64,000 bases of DNA from Paludibacteraceae bacterium (GTDB taxonomy: Bacteria; Bacteroidota; Bacteroidia; Bacteroidales; Paludibacteraceae). The translations under genes were made by a program, and so were the position numbers. The stretch lies in NCBI GenBank assembly GCA_016283095.1, contig JAEEMG010000062.1:4694-68693 (forward strand), read 5' to 3'. A model generated the notes under the pieces. It was given only the letters and a program-made list of their open reading frames with translations, searched no databases and was not told the DNA's origin. Positions 11,202 to 19,419 of this stretch are shown piece by piece. Positions within the stretch are counted from its first letter, which is position 1, and each line of letters starts with the position of its first letter.

Positions 11202-12611
11202 ATGGCGAATACACTACAATTGACGGACAAAATAGCCGTGGTGCTAGACCTGGGTACCACGAGAATAAGATCTGTGGCTGCTGTCTTAGACGACAACAAT
11301 AAAGTGTCACAGATTATTGCTACAGAAGAGGTGGATTCTAAAGGAGTCAAACATGGTAGAGTGGAAAACTATCTTGTGTTGGCAGGGGTGCTCAAACCGA
11401 TGTTCAACAAACTTTCCAACCGAGTATACAATAAATTCAAGGCTGCTATAGGAGACAGTTTCATTGGAAACACCGTTGAAATCAAAAGCGTATATATTGC
11501 TCTTGGAGGAAAAGGTATATTAGGAAAAGAGCAGAAAGAAGCTTACCGCCTTAACAATCAGTTCGTCGATGTGCCAGTAGTCCAGAAAATAGAGGAGGAT
11601 ATCAGAAAACGTGTTGAAAACGACAAAGAGATAATCTTGGATATGATCAACCAAGGTTACAATGTCGATGACGATATAAAGATGGAGGCTGTAGGTTGTA
11701 GAGCTTCCAATGTAGAGGGCCGTTTTTGTGTTGTCACAGCTGAAAAAGAGATAAAGGAGGATATTGAAAAGACATTGTCGTCAATTAATATCCAATTGGC
11801 AGGTTATTCTCTTTTGCCATTCGCCCTGGCTGATATTATGCTTTCAGATGCCGACAAAGAGGTAGGAGCGACATTGATCGACCTGGGAGCCTCATCGACA
11901 TCAATCGCCATTTATCGTGATAATGTTCGCCGTCACGTCAGAGTGTTGCCATTTGGAAGCAAACTGATCACTAAAGATATCAAAAAAGTATGTGGGTTGA
12001 CAACAGAAGCGGCAGAGAAGGTAAAGAAAAATATAGGTTGCGCCTATCCTGAAGGTTTGAAAGAAAACGTTATAGTCACAGTGGCTGGTACAGATGTGAA
12101 GATACAATCTGTAGAGTTAGCGTCGATTATAGAGGCACGCCTGGAAGAACTTATGTCTTATCTTCTAGGAGAAATGAATAAGGTGAGCGCTTTGACGTCG
12201 TCAAAGAAGATTATCCTTACAGGAAGAGGTTCTCGTCTAGATAAGGTTTGCGATAAATTCACAAATGAGTTTGGCTTGGATACGGAATTAGGAAAGATCA
12301 AAGATGTATGTTATGAAAAATACAGTCCTTATTTCACATCCTTGGATTCTATAAATGGAAACACAGATAAGACAGCTCGTAAGATGAATGATTTTGCCGC
12401 TTGTCTTGGTGTCCTTGAGTCTTGTGCTCTTGACTCTTGTGTCTTTGTAGGCAGAAAGGGGGCCGCAGATGTTAAAACAGGGAAGAAAGCAGAAGGGAAT
12501 GAGAAAAAGGGAGGTGGCTTTATCGCAAAAATCACAAACCTTTTTACTGCAGTGGGTGACACCGCAACTGATATAATTGAGGGATCTGTTAAGAAAACTG
12601 AAGTGAAATAA
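11202..12611 (+). CDS. ftsA: Cell division protein FtsA (actin fold)
   Basis: Actin-fold phosphate motifs VVLDLGTTRIR and LIDLGASSTSI, adenosine motif ILTGRGSRL, C-terminal amphipathic helix GGFIAKITNLFTAV. ATG at 11202 (GTG at 11196 in the track). Confidence 0.9.
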   Translation: MANTLQLTDKIAVVLDLGTTRIRSVAAVLDDNNKVSQIIATEEVDSKGVKHGRVENYLVLAGVLKPMFNKLSNRVYNKFKAAIGDSFIGNTVEIKSVYIALGGKGILGKEQKEAYRLNNQFVDVPVVQKIEEDIRKRVENDKEIILDMINQGYNVDDDIKMEAVGCRASNVEGRFCVVTAEKEIKEDIEKTLSSINIQLAGYSLLPFALADIMLSDADKEVGATLIDLGASSTSIAIYRDNVRRHVRVLPFGSKLITKDIKKVCGLTTEAAEKVKKNIGCAYPEGLKENVIVTVAGTDVKIQSVELASIIEARLEELMSYLLGEMNKVSALTSSKKIILTGRGSRLDKVCDKFTNEFGLDTELGKIKDVCYEKYSPYFTSLDSINGNTDKTARKMNDFAACLGVLESCALDSCVFVGRKGAADVKTGKKAEGNEKKGGGFIAKITNLFTAVGDTATDIIEGSVKKTEVK

Positions 12612-12613
12612 TT

Positions 12614-13966
12614 ATGGATATGGAAGAAAATTTCACATTTGTAGACGACTTTGAAGAAAAGAACATTATCAAAGTGATAGGCGTCGGTGGTGGTGGCGGA
12701 AATGCTACTAACTACATGTATGAAAACCATATTGAAGGAGTAGATTTCGTCATTTGTAACACAGACCGTCAGGCTTTGCGTCGTAGCCCTATTCCTCCTG
12801 AATTTCATATTCAGTTAGGAGAAAAAGGTCTTGGAGCCGGAAACGATCCGAATATGGGACGTCAGGCTGCTGAAGACTCAATAGAGAAAATCAAGTCTAT
12901 GCTTGAGGATACAGAGATGGTCTTTGTCACTGCGGCAATGGGTGGTGGTACTGGTACAGGCGCCGCTCCTGTGATCGCTCGTACAGCCAAGGAGATGGGT
13001 ATCCTTACTGTCGGAATCATAACAATACCGTTTAAGTTTGAGGGACGCCGTCGTCTTCTTAACGCATTGGAAGGAATGCAGAGGATGAGAGATGCTGTCG
13101 ACGCGATTGTCGTAATCTCAACAGACAGATTCCGTGAATTGTATGGCGACCTTGGTCTGAAAGCTGGTTTCTCTAAGGGCGACGAGATTTTGGCCATGGC
13201 AGCTAAAGGTATTGCTGAAATCATCACTGGTGATGGTTATGTTAATGTGGATATGAATGATGTCCGCACCGTCATGACAGATTCTGGTGATGCTTTGATG
13301 GGATTGGCAATGGCTTCCGGACCTGATCGCGCGGAGAAAGCGATCAAGGAGGCTTTGAATTCACCATTGCTTATCAACAACAGTATTGAAAAAGCTAAGA
13401 ATGTCTTGTTGAATATCTCTTATTCATCTGATTATGAGGTGACAATCGACGAGACTACATATATCTGTAATTATGTACAGGAGCAGATCGAGGGCCACGG
13501 AGCAAACTTGATTTGGGGTGCTACCATTAATGAAGGACTTGGTGAAAACCTTAATGTCACTGTTGTGGTCACTGGTATGAACGTTGATGAGTCGGATTTG
13601 ACAGGTGATGTCCAGATGACACAGACGTCGAATTACGGTATGTCTGCACGTGCCGCAATGGTTCAGACGGATGTGAGAGCAGACCGTTATTTGGGAGGCA
13701 GTCACGTCGTCCCTCAGAATAATAATCCTGGTTTCTCTATGACTAATGCTGAAATTGATAAGTTCTACGAAGGTCATTCTGCAAAGAAACCAGAACCAAC
13801 TCCTATACCGGTTCCAGAACCAACTCCAGTAGTTCCGGAACCAGAACCAGAACCGGAGCCAGAACAGATTCCGGAACCAGTTAAAGAGCCAGAACCAGTT
13901 GACGCTGGTCCAAGAATACCATCTAGAGAGATAGATTTGAATTCAATTGACGACGACGATGATTGA
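12614..13966 (+). CDS. ftsZ: Cell division GTPase FtsZ (copy 1; Pro/Glu-rich linker and poly-Asp C-terminus)
   Basis: T1 GVGGGGGNA, T4 GGGTGTG, T7 NVDMNDVRTVM. The central RELYGDL...AAKGIAEIIT segment looks like the usual Bacteroidetes FtsZ. Immediately follows ftsA. Confidence 0.93.
   Translation: MDMEENFTFVDDFEEKNIIKVIGVGGGGGNATNYMYENHIEGVDFVICNTDRQALRRSPIPPEFHIQLGEKGLGAGNDPNMGRQAAEDSIEKIKSMLEDTEMVFVTAAMGGGTGTGAAPVIARTAKEMGILTVGIITIPFKFEGRRRLLNALEGMQRMRDAVDAIVVISTDRFRELYGDLGLKAGFSKGDEILAMAAKGIAEIITGDGYVNVDMNDVRTVMTDSGDALMGLAMASGPDRAEKAIKEALNSPLLINNSIEKAKNVLLNISYSSDYEVTIDETTYICNYVQEQIEGHGANLIWGATINEGLGENLNVTVVVTGMNVDESDLTGDVQMTQTSNYGMSARAAMVQTDVRADRYLGGSHVVPQNNNPGFSMTNAEIDKFYEGHSAKKPEPTPIPVPEPTPVVPEPEPEPEPEQIPEPVKEPEPVDAGPRIPSREIDLNSIDDDDD
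13790..13900 (+). repeat. Coding low-complexity Pro-Glu repeat (PEPTPIPVPEPTPVVPEPEPEPEPEQIPEPVKEPEPV) in the FtsZ copy-1 linker
   Basis: Reiterated ccagaacc/ccggaacc units visible in the DNA; in frame with ftsZ. Confidence 0.8.
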
Positions 13967-15338
13967 GACTCTTGAAATAGCTAATTCTGACAAAACGTTT
14001 ATCAAGGTGATAGGCGTTGGTGGCGGTGGCGGTAATGCTGTCTCTTATATGTATAAAGCGGGAGTTGAAGGTGTTGACTTCATCCTGATGAATACAGATA
14101 AGGCGGCGTTGAAGCGTTCGTCCGTTCCTAAACGAATCCTGCTCGGCAAGAAAGGCCTTGGTGCAGGATCGGATCCTCGTATCGGTAAGGCGGCAATGCT
14201 TAGTGTGGAAGAAAATGTCAGACAGTTGCTATCTGAGGATACAGAGATGGTTTTTGTGACCGCCACATTAGGTGGTGGCACGGGTACAGGTGGAGCTCCT
14301 GTAGTCGCACGTGTGGCTAAGGAACTCGGTATCCTTACTATCGGTGTCGTCACAACTCCGTTTTCTTATGAAGGTCCGATCAGAAAGGCAATCGCTGAAG
14401 AGGGAGTGCGAGAGATGAGAAAATATGTCGATTCTCTTGTGATTATATCTAACGACAGATTGTCGTCGCAATCTAAGGATAGGAACGCATTGTCGCAATC
14501 AATGAAACTATCTTCAAGTTTTGCGGCGTCTGATTCTATTCTTGCCACTGCTGCTCAATGTATCTCCGATATGGTGACTCAGTCTGGTTACGTCAATGTG
14601 GATATGAATGATGTCCGCACCGTCATGACTGACTCTGGAGACGCGGTGATCGGATCGTCTGTGGCAGCCGGTGAATATCGTGCTATGCAGGCTATGCGTG
14701 AGGCTCTTACTTCGCCATTGCTTGTCAATAATGATATACGTAATGCCAAGAGTATTCTGGTGAACTACCTATATTCGGATAAGGAAGTCACAATTGACGA
14801 GTTGTCTGAAACGATGGAGATGGTTCAGATGAAGGTCGACGACGATGTCACTATCATTTGGGGAGCAAGTCAGGTGGAAGGCATGGGGGATAAATTGAAA
14901 ATCTCTGTTGTTGTCACAGGACAATTGTTGGCGGAGGATAAACTTGTGGGAGCGGTCTCTGATGTCTTTGTCCCTGTGAAATTTCCAGATTCTCCTAAAA
15001 AAGAAGTGGAGACAAAAAAGAAAGAGGAAGAAATACCGGTTGTTGTCACAATAGAAGACGAAGTAATAGGAGACGACGGAACTGTTGGGCAATCGGTGCC
15101 TACGCCAACTCCTACTACATTCATGCCTACAGAGGCTCACGACACAACTGTGACAAGGAAAAAATTGACACCTAAAGTGTTTGGTGATGAAGATGCAGAT
15201 GAGACTCCTGCATATACCCGTACAAAGACAGTTGTCGCGGAACGTAAGGCAGAACCGACGTCTTCTTTCACTGTCAAACTTGACGGAGAGGAGATAAAAA
15301 TGGGGGATAACAGATATCTCTCAAACAGACCAGATTAA
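13959..15338 (+). CDS. Second FtsZ-family GTPase, tandem paralogue of ftsZ
   Basis: Complete FtsZ core: GVGGGGGNA, GGGTGTG, SNDRL, NVDMNDVRTVM, VVVTG. ATG at 13959 overlaps the ftsZ stop (ATGATTGA); the track begins at TTG 13947. Own divergent C-terminal tail. Confidence 0.85.
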   Translation: MIETLEIANSDKTFIKVIGVGGGGGNAVSYMYKAGVEGVDFILMNTDKAALKRSSVPKRILLGKKGLGAGSDPRIGKAAMLSVEENVRQLLSEDTEMVFVTATLGGGTGTGGAPVVARVAKELGILTIGVVTTPFSYEGPIRKAIAEEGVREMRKYVDSLVIISNDRLSSQSKDRNALSQSMKLSSSFAASDSILATAAQCISDMVTQSGYVNVDMNDVRTVMTDSGDAVIGSSVAAGEYRAMQAMREALTSPLLVNNDIRNAKSILVNYLYSDKEVTIDELSETMEMVQMKVDDDVTIIWGASQVEGMGDKLKISVVVTGQLLAEDKLVGAVSDVFVPVKFPDSPKKEVETKKKEEEIPVVVTIEDEVIGDDGTVGQSVPTPTPTTFMPTEAHDTTVTRKKLTPKVFGDEDADETPAYTRTKTVVAERKAEPTSSFTVKLDGEEIKMGDNRYLSNRPD

Positions 15339-15362
15339 TAATAAATTTAAAATATAATAACT

Positions 15363-15812
15363 ATGGCATTGTTTGATGTTATTAGCGAGGATATAAAGAA
15401 GGCGATGATCGCCAAAGACAAAGTGGCTTTGGAGGCATTGCGTGGTGTGAAAAAAGAGTTTCTTGAGGCAAAGACTGCCAAGGGAGCAAGTGGAGAACTT
15501 GCTGACGACGCTGCATTGAAGATTCTTCAGAAGATGGTGAAACAGCGTAAGGAGTCTGCACAAATCTTCACAGAGCAGAACCGTCCTGAGTTGGCTCAGA
15601 ATGAGTTGGCTGAGGCAGCTGTGATCGAGAAGTATTTGCCAGCAAAGTTGTCTGACGCTGAACTTGAGGCTGAGATCAAGGCAATCATTGCTGAAGTTGG
15701 CGCAAAGACAGCTCAGGAGATGGGCAAGGTGATGGGTGTCGCAACAAAGAAGCTTGCTGGTAAGGCAGACGGAAAGGAAATTTCAGCAAAGGTGAAGGCA
15801 CTTCTTAGCTAA
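15363..15812 (+). CDS. GatB/YqeY domain-containing protein
   Basis: 149 aa all-helical protein. The N-terminal segment (DIKKAMIAKDKVALEALRGVK...) is typical of the YqeY family. Confidence 0.8.
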   Translation: MALFDVISEDIKKAMIAKDKVALEALRGVKKEFLEAKTAKGASGELADDAALKILQKMVKQRKESAQIFTEQNRPELAQNELAEAAVIEKYLPAKLSDAELEAEIKAIIAEVGAKTAQEMGKVMGVATKKLAGKADGKEISAKVKALLS

Positions 15813-15880
15813 AATTAAGAGTTAAGAATTAAGAGTTGGAATACCAACATTGTTACGATATTAGTAATAATTAAGAATTT

Positions 15881-15912
15881 GAGACGTGGCATTGCTGCGT
15901 CTCTTTGTTTTT
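15881..15912 (+). terminator. Rho-independent terminator ending the dcw/yqeY transcription unit
   Basis: gagacgtggc-att-gctgcgtctc forms a 10-bp stem (2 G-U pairs) followed by tttgttttt. Confidence 0.75.
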
Positions 15913-16031
15913 ATTATTTTTGTGAAAGAAAAAAGACAATGCGTCTAAGCGATGAATGTTGGAATCCGATATTTTAGTTTGACGAGATTGTAGTAACAGA
16001 TTGTTTAACAATTAACAGTAATAGTATTTTT

Positions 16032-16859
16032 ATGAAAACAGAAGAGATTAAAGACCTGTTTCAAAAATTCGAATCAATCGCATGTGATTACGAAGGTGTT
16101 GAATGTTGGAGTGCCCGCGAACTGTGTGGGTTGCTTGGGTATGCCAAGTGGGAACGTTTCGAGGGGGTGATTGCCAAAGCGAAAGAGGCATGTTTGAATG
16201 CTGGAGAAAAAATTGAGGATCATTTTCCCGGCGCCGGGAAAATGATCGAGATCGCCAAAGGAGCTCAAAGAGAGGTTGACGACTACATGCTCACACGTTA
16301 TGCGTGTTATCTTGTGGCTCAGAATGGAGATCCGAGAAAGCCTGAGATCGCTTTTGCTCAGAACTATTTTGCTGTACAGACACGTGTGGCGGAAATGGTA
16401 GAGAAAAGACTCCTTGAGTTTGAGAGAGTGCAGGCTCGGCAAAAGTTGGCAGAAACAGAGAAACGTCTGTCTGGAGTGCTTTTTGAACGAGGTGTTGATA
16501 GCAAAGGTTTTGCTATGATACGTTCCAATGGCGACAAGGCATTGTTTAATCTTGACACAGCAATGTTGAAACGGAAAATAGGAGCTCCTTCAAATCGTCC
16601 CGTCGCAGATTTCTTATCAACGATCAACATCAAAGCAAAGGATTTTGCCGCAGAGATGACCTCTGTAAATGTCCAACAAAAAGACTTGTTCGGAGTGACT
16701 CAGATAGACAACGAGCATGTGGAAAATAATCTTGCCGTCAGAAATATGATGCTCGACAGAGGCATTGTCCCAGAGAATCAACCAGCTGGTGAGGATGTGA
16801 AGAAAGTGGAACGTCGATTGACATCGGAAGAGAAAAAAGTTTTGTCGAAAAGAAAATAG
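16032..16859 (+). CDS. dinD: DNA damage-inducible protein D (DinD) family
   Basis: N-terminal half matches the DinD pattern ([22 protein letters not shown]...[33 protein letters not shown]). Confidence 0.75.
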   Translation: MKTEEIKDLFQKFESIACDYEGVECWSARELCGLLGYAKWERFEGVIAKAKEACLNAGEKIEDHFPGAGKMIEIAKGAQREVDDYMLTRYACYLVAQNGDPRKPEIAFAQNYFAVQTRVAEMVEKRLLEFERVQARQKLAETEKRLSGVLFERGVDSKGFAMIRSNGDKALFNLDTAMLKRKIGAPSNRPVADFLSTINIKAKDFAAEMTSVNVQQKDLFGVTQIDNEHVENNLAVRNMMLDRGIVPENQPAGEDVKKVERRLTSEEKKVLSKRK

Positions 16860-16896
16860 TGAGATTTAAATACACGATTGTGTTGGCATAATTTGT

Positions 16897-16931
16897 AGAG
16901 ACGTGATTCTGTCGCATCTCTTTACTTTTTT
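16897..16931 (+). terminator. Probable intrinsic terminator after dinD
   Basis: agagacgtg...cgcatctct imperfect stem (one mismatch) followed by ttactttttt. Confidence 0.5.
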
Positions 16932-17066
16932 AGATGGATAATTACATCAAAATGGCTGTTTGCATATGTTACGAAAAATGCATTCGTTTAATAATAAAAA
17001 ATAAAATTGTTACATTTGTGGTGTAGAAACGCTAATAAAAACAATTCATTTTAAGCAAGTAGCAAT

Positions 17067-18053
17067 ATGGAAATCAAAAAAGGAGACTGGGTATTATATG
17101 ATGATAAAATCTCGCAAATCATTGATGTATATTCTATCAACTATGAGAAATTTGACTCCGAAGTGAAAGTAGATGAGACTAACTACGGAAAACTCAAATG
17201 CAAATATTTCCTTATACGGGATTTATGCACCATTGAAGGCAAACTTGTTTCTGGGAAACCATACATAGTGTTTATCGAAAGCTTCTTTGAAACTCTTGAA
17301 GAAGAGGATTTGCAGGTGTTAGAAAAAATCAAAAAAGAAAAAAAAGAAAAGTATGCGGAATGGGAAAGCAAAGAAGTCAACGCAAAAACGAAAGAAGTTG
17401 AATTATATTTCTCTGTGGAAGTTAAGCCGAAAGAAGGGGCCAACATTTTGAAACATTTTAAGAAAATATGCAAACAATTACCGAGTCTTTTCTCATTTGC
17501 TGAACTTGTGGAAAAAGCTTCACAGTTAGACATTGATATGACAACATGTGTAGATGATTATCAGGCATATGACAATCAAATATCGTTTACGTTAAAGTTT
17601 TACTTAGACGACATTAAAGATGGTGTCGTTTATTACCATAAAGTGTGTGAATTTGATTATACGGACGCAGAGGAGGATGCAAAATTGCTGGAGAACTTTT
17701 TCACATATGAATCGTTGTTCATTTCAATTGTCTTGTTTTTGAACAGATATACATCTGAGGAAACTGATGAAAACGCACAAACATTCAAAGCAGACATGAA
17801 GACTGCCGCCACTGCTTTGATGAATAAGAAGCTAAAAAACAGTGAACTCGCGAAACTATACTACGATTTTGTTCCCAAAAAAACATTCACGAAGGAAGAG
17901 TCCTTTGATTTGTTCAAACAATTCATCGACATGAACAAACAAAAGTATAATTTAGAAAAACTCTGTCAAACCATCGAAGAAAAACACGACTGGTCGGTCG
18001 AAGTCTATAACTTAAGCTACGATTACGCTAAGGAAATGTTTTCATTAGTATGA
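17067..18053 (+). CDS. Hypothetical protein (Lys/Glu-rich, no motif recognised)
   Basis: 328-aa ORF in an A/T-rich stretch. A TAcaTTTG -7 box lies at 17011-17018, 49 nt upstream. No family recognised by eye. Confidence 0.5.
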   Translation: MEIKKGDWVLYDDKISQIIDVYSINYEKFDSEVKVDETNYGKLKCKYFLIRDLCTIEGKLVSGKPYIVFIESFFETLEEEDLQVLEKIKKEKKEKYAEWESKEVNAKTKEVELYFSVEVKPKEGANILKHFKKICKQLPSLFSFAELVEKASQLDIDMTTCVDDYQAYDNQISFTLKFYLDDIKDGVVYYHKVCEFDYTDAEEDAKLLENFFTYESLFISIVLFLNRYTSEETDENAQTFKADMKTAATALMNKKLKNSELAKLYYDFVPKKTFTKEESFDLFKQFIDMNKQKYNLEKLCQTIEEKHDWSVEVYNLSYDYAKEMFSLV

Positions 18054-18106
18054 TGACTATGCTGCCAAATTCAGAAACTCGATTGGCTTCTGAATTTGGC
18101 ATTTCT

Positions 18107-18565
18107 TTACATTTTCCTGTACACAATCTTCGGAATCACCGGCTCAACCGCGTCTCTCAGGAATTCATCGAAATCTTCATAGTCGTTGAAGCAGAGTCTG
18201 GTGACGGTGGTTTCTTTCTTCAACAGACAGAAATATCCGTACACATCTTTGCCGTCTCTGCCTGTGCGTACATAATCAAGGTAGTAGCCGTCGAACTTCT
18301 TCAAGTCTACCTCACCTTCCTTAATCAATCCGAAGAATCTGCTCACTTTGAGAACAGTACCGTCTACTTCAAGGCTTCTGCTCTGCATCACAAGTCGATA
18401 GATAAGAAAACCTACGAATATCACCGCAAAGACGGAAAATATTATCCACCAATGTGTTGGCACGTCGCTTGGCATTATCGAAAGAACCAATCCGCAAATG
18501 GCTGGCATTAATACGAAAATAGCTGTGATGTAGTAGAATCTGGGTCTGAATTTAGTCTTTGTCAT
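18107..18565 (-). CDS. Hypothetical membrane protein (2 TM plus small soluble domain)
   Basis: Two clear hydrophobic helices (YYITAIFVLMPAICGLVLSI, WWIIFSVFAVIFVGFLIY). Preferred over the overlapping + strand ORF 18050-18511, which has no such features. Confidence 0.5.
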   Translation of the reverse strand: MTKTKFRPRFYYITAIFVLMPAICGLVLSIMPSDVPTHWWIIFSVFAVIFVGFLIYRLVMQSRSLEVDGTVLKVSRFFGLIKEGEVDLKKFDGYYLDYVRTGRDGKDVYGYFCLLKKETTVTRLCFNDYEDFDEFLRDAVEPVIPKIVYRKM

Positions 18566-18679
18566 ATTTGATTTGTTCGTGTTTTTTGTAAAAATACTTT
18601 TTTGAAATCATATATCGGCAAATTCCGCTGAAAAGTTGAGGAAAAAATGTATATTTGCGAGAATTTGATATAGTTTGCA

Positions 18680-19405
18680 ATGAATAGACTAACGGCTCAG
18701 GTGAAAGAAAAATTGTCGGGATTGAAGCTTAAGGCTGTCCTCTTTGATATGGATGGAGTAATCTTTGATTCGATGCCGCATCATGCTGTAGCATGGGTGA
18801 AGGCGTTTATCGACGAGGGTGTTGATTTCAATGAGTATGAGGCCTATAAGCGTGAAGGAATGACTGGCTTCGCTACTATTCAGGAGATGTTTCTTGCTCA
18901 GAAAGGGCGTGAGGCAACGAAGGAGGAGTGCGAAAGAATTTACGCTACAAAGTGCAAATATTTTGAGCAGGAGGGTCCTGCCGACGTGATGACTGGCATA
19001 CGTGAGGTGCTTGAATTTGTGCACGACGCTGGTTTACAGATCTTTATCGTGACTGGCTCAGGTCAGCATAGTCTGTTTGAAAAACTAGACTCTCTTTTCC
19101 CAGGTATATTCGCTCCTGAGAGAATGGTCACTGCCTACGATGTGAAAAAGGGCAAACCGGATCCAGAGCCTTACTTGATGGCATTGAAGAAAGGTGGATT
19201 TTCTGCAGATGAGGCTATTGTGGTGGAGAATGCTCCGCTTGGAGTGACATCAGCTCATGCCGCTAAGATTTTCACTGTGGCGGTCAACACTGGAATCCTG
19301 CTTCCGGAGGATTTGTTGAGTAAGGGAGCAGACGTCTTGTTTGATGATATGCATGAGTTTAGAAATGCACTTCCTGAGATTATAAACTTTGGTTTGAAAA
19401 AATAA
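18680..19405 (+). CDS. HAD-IA family hydrolase (beta-phosphoglucomutase-like phosphatase)
   Basis: HAD motif I FDMDGVIFDS, motif II TGS, motif III/IV K...ENAPLG. Confidence 0.85.
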   Translation: MNRLTAQVKEKLSGLKLKAVLFDMDGVIFDSMPHHAVAWVKAFIDEGVDFNEYEAYKREGMTGFATIQEMFLAQKGREATKEECERIYATKCKYFEQEGPADVMTGIREVLEFVHDAGLQIFIVTGSGQHSLFEKLDSLFPGIFAPERMVTAYDVKKGKPDPEPYLMALKKGGFSADEAIVVENAPLGVTSAHAAKIFTVAVNTGILLPEDLLSKGADVLFDDMHEFRNALPEIINFGLKK

Positions 19406-19419
19406 AAAACGAGTCGTAT

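Noticed and set aside
12329-12808. 159-aa minus-strand ORF spanning the ftsA/ftsZ junction, and similar antisense ORFs in ftsZ copy 1 and copy 2 (12862-13227, 14045-14353)
   Set aside because: These are antisense shadows of Gly/Ala-rich GTPase regions. The Pro/Ala/Thr-rich translations are the reverse complement of the GGGTGTG-type segments.
13790-13900. Short tandem ccagaacc repeats considered as a possible CRISPR or VNTR array
   Set aside because: They are in frame within ftsZ and encode a Pro/Glu linker. The units are 6-12 nt, imperfect, and have no spacers, so this is coding low complexity rather than a CRISPR array.
15813-15870. ttaagagttaagaattaagagtt short direct repeats after yqeY
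   Set aside because: Only 7-8-nt units repeated three times in an A/T-rich spacer. There is no flanking structure or partner copy elsewhere in the window, so chance low complexity is likely.
18050-18511. 153-aa plus-strand ORF overlapping the minus-strand membrane protein
   Set aside because: It has no TM, motif or start context, and it begins by overlapping the stop of the previous gene. The minus-strand ORF has two clean TM helices. Confidence in either remains moderate.
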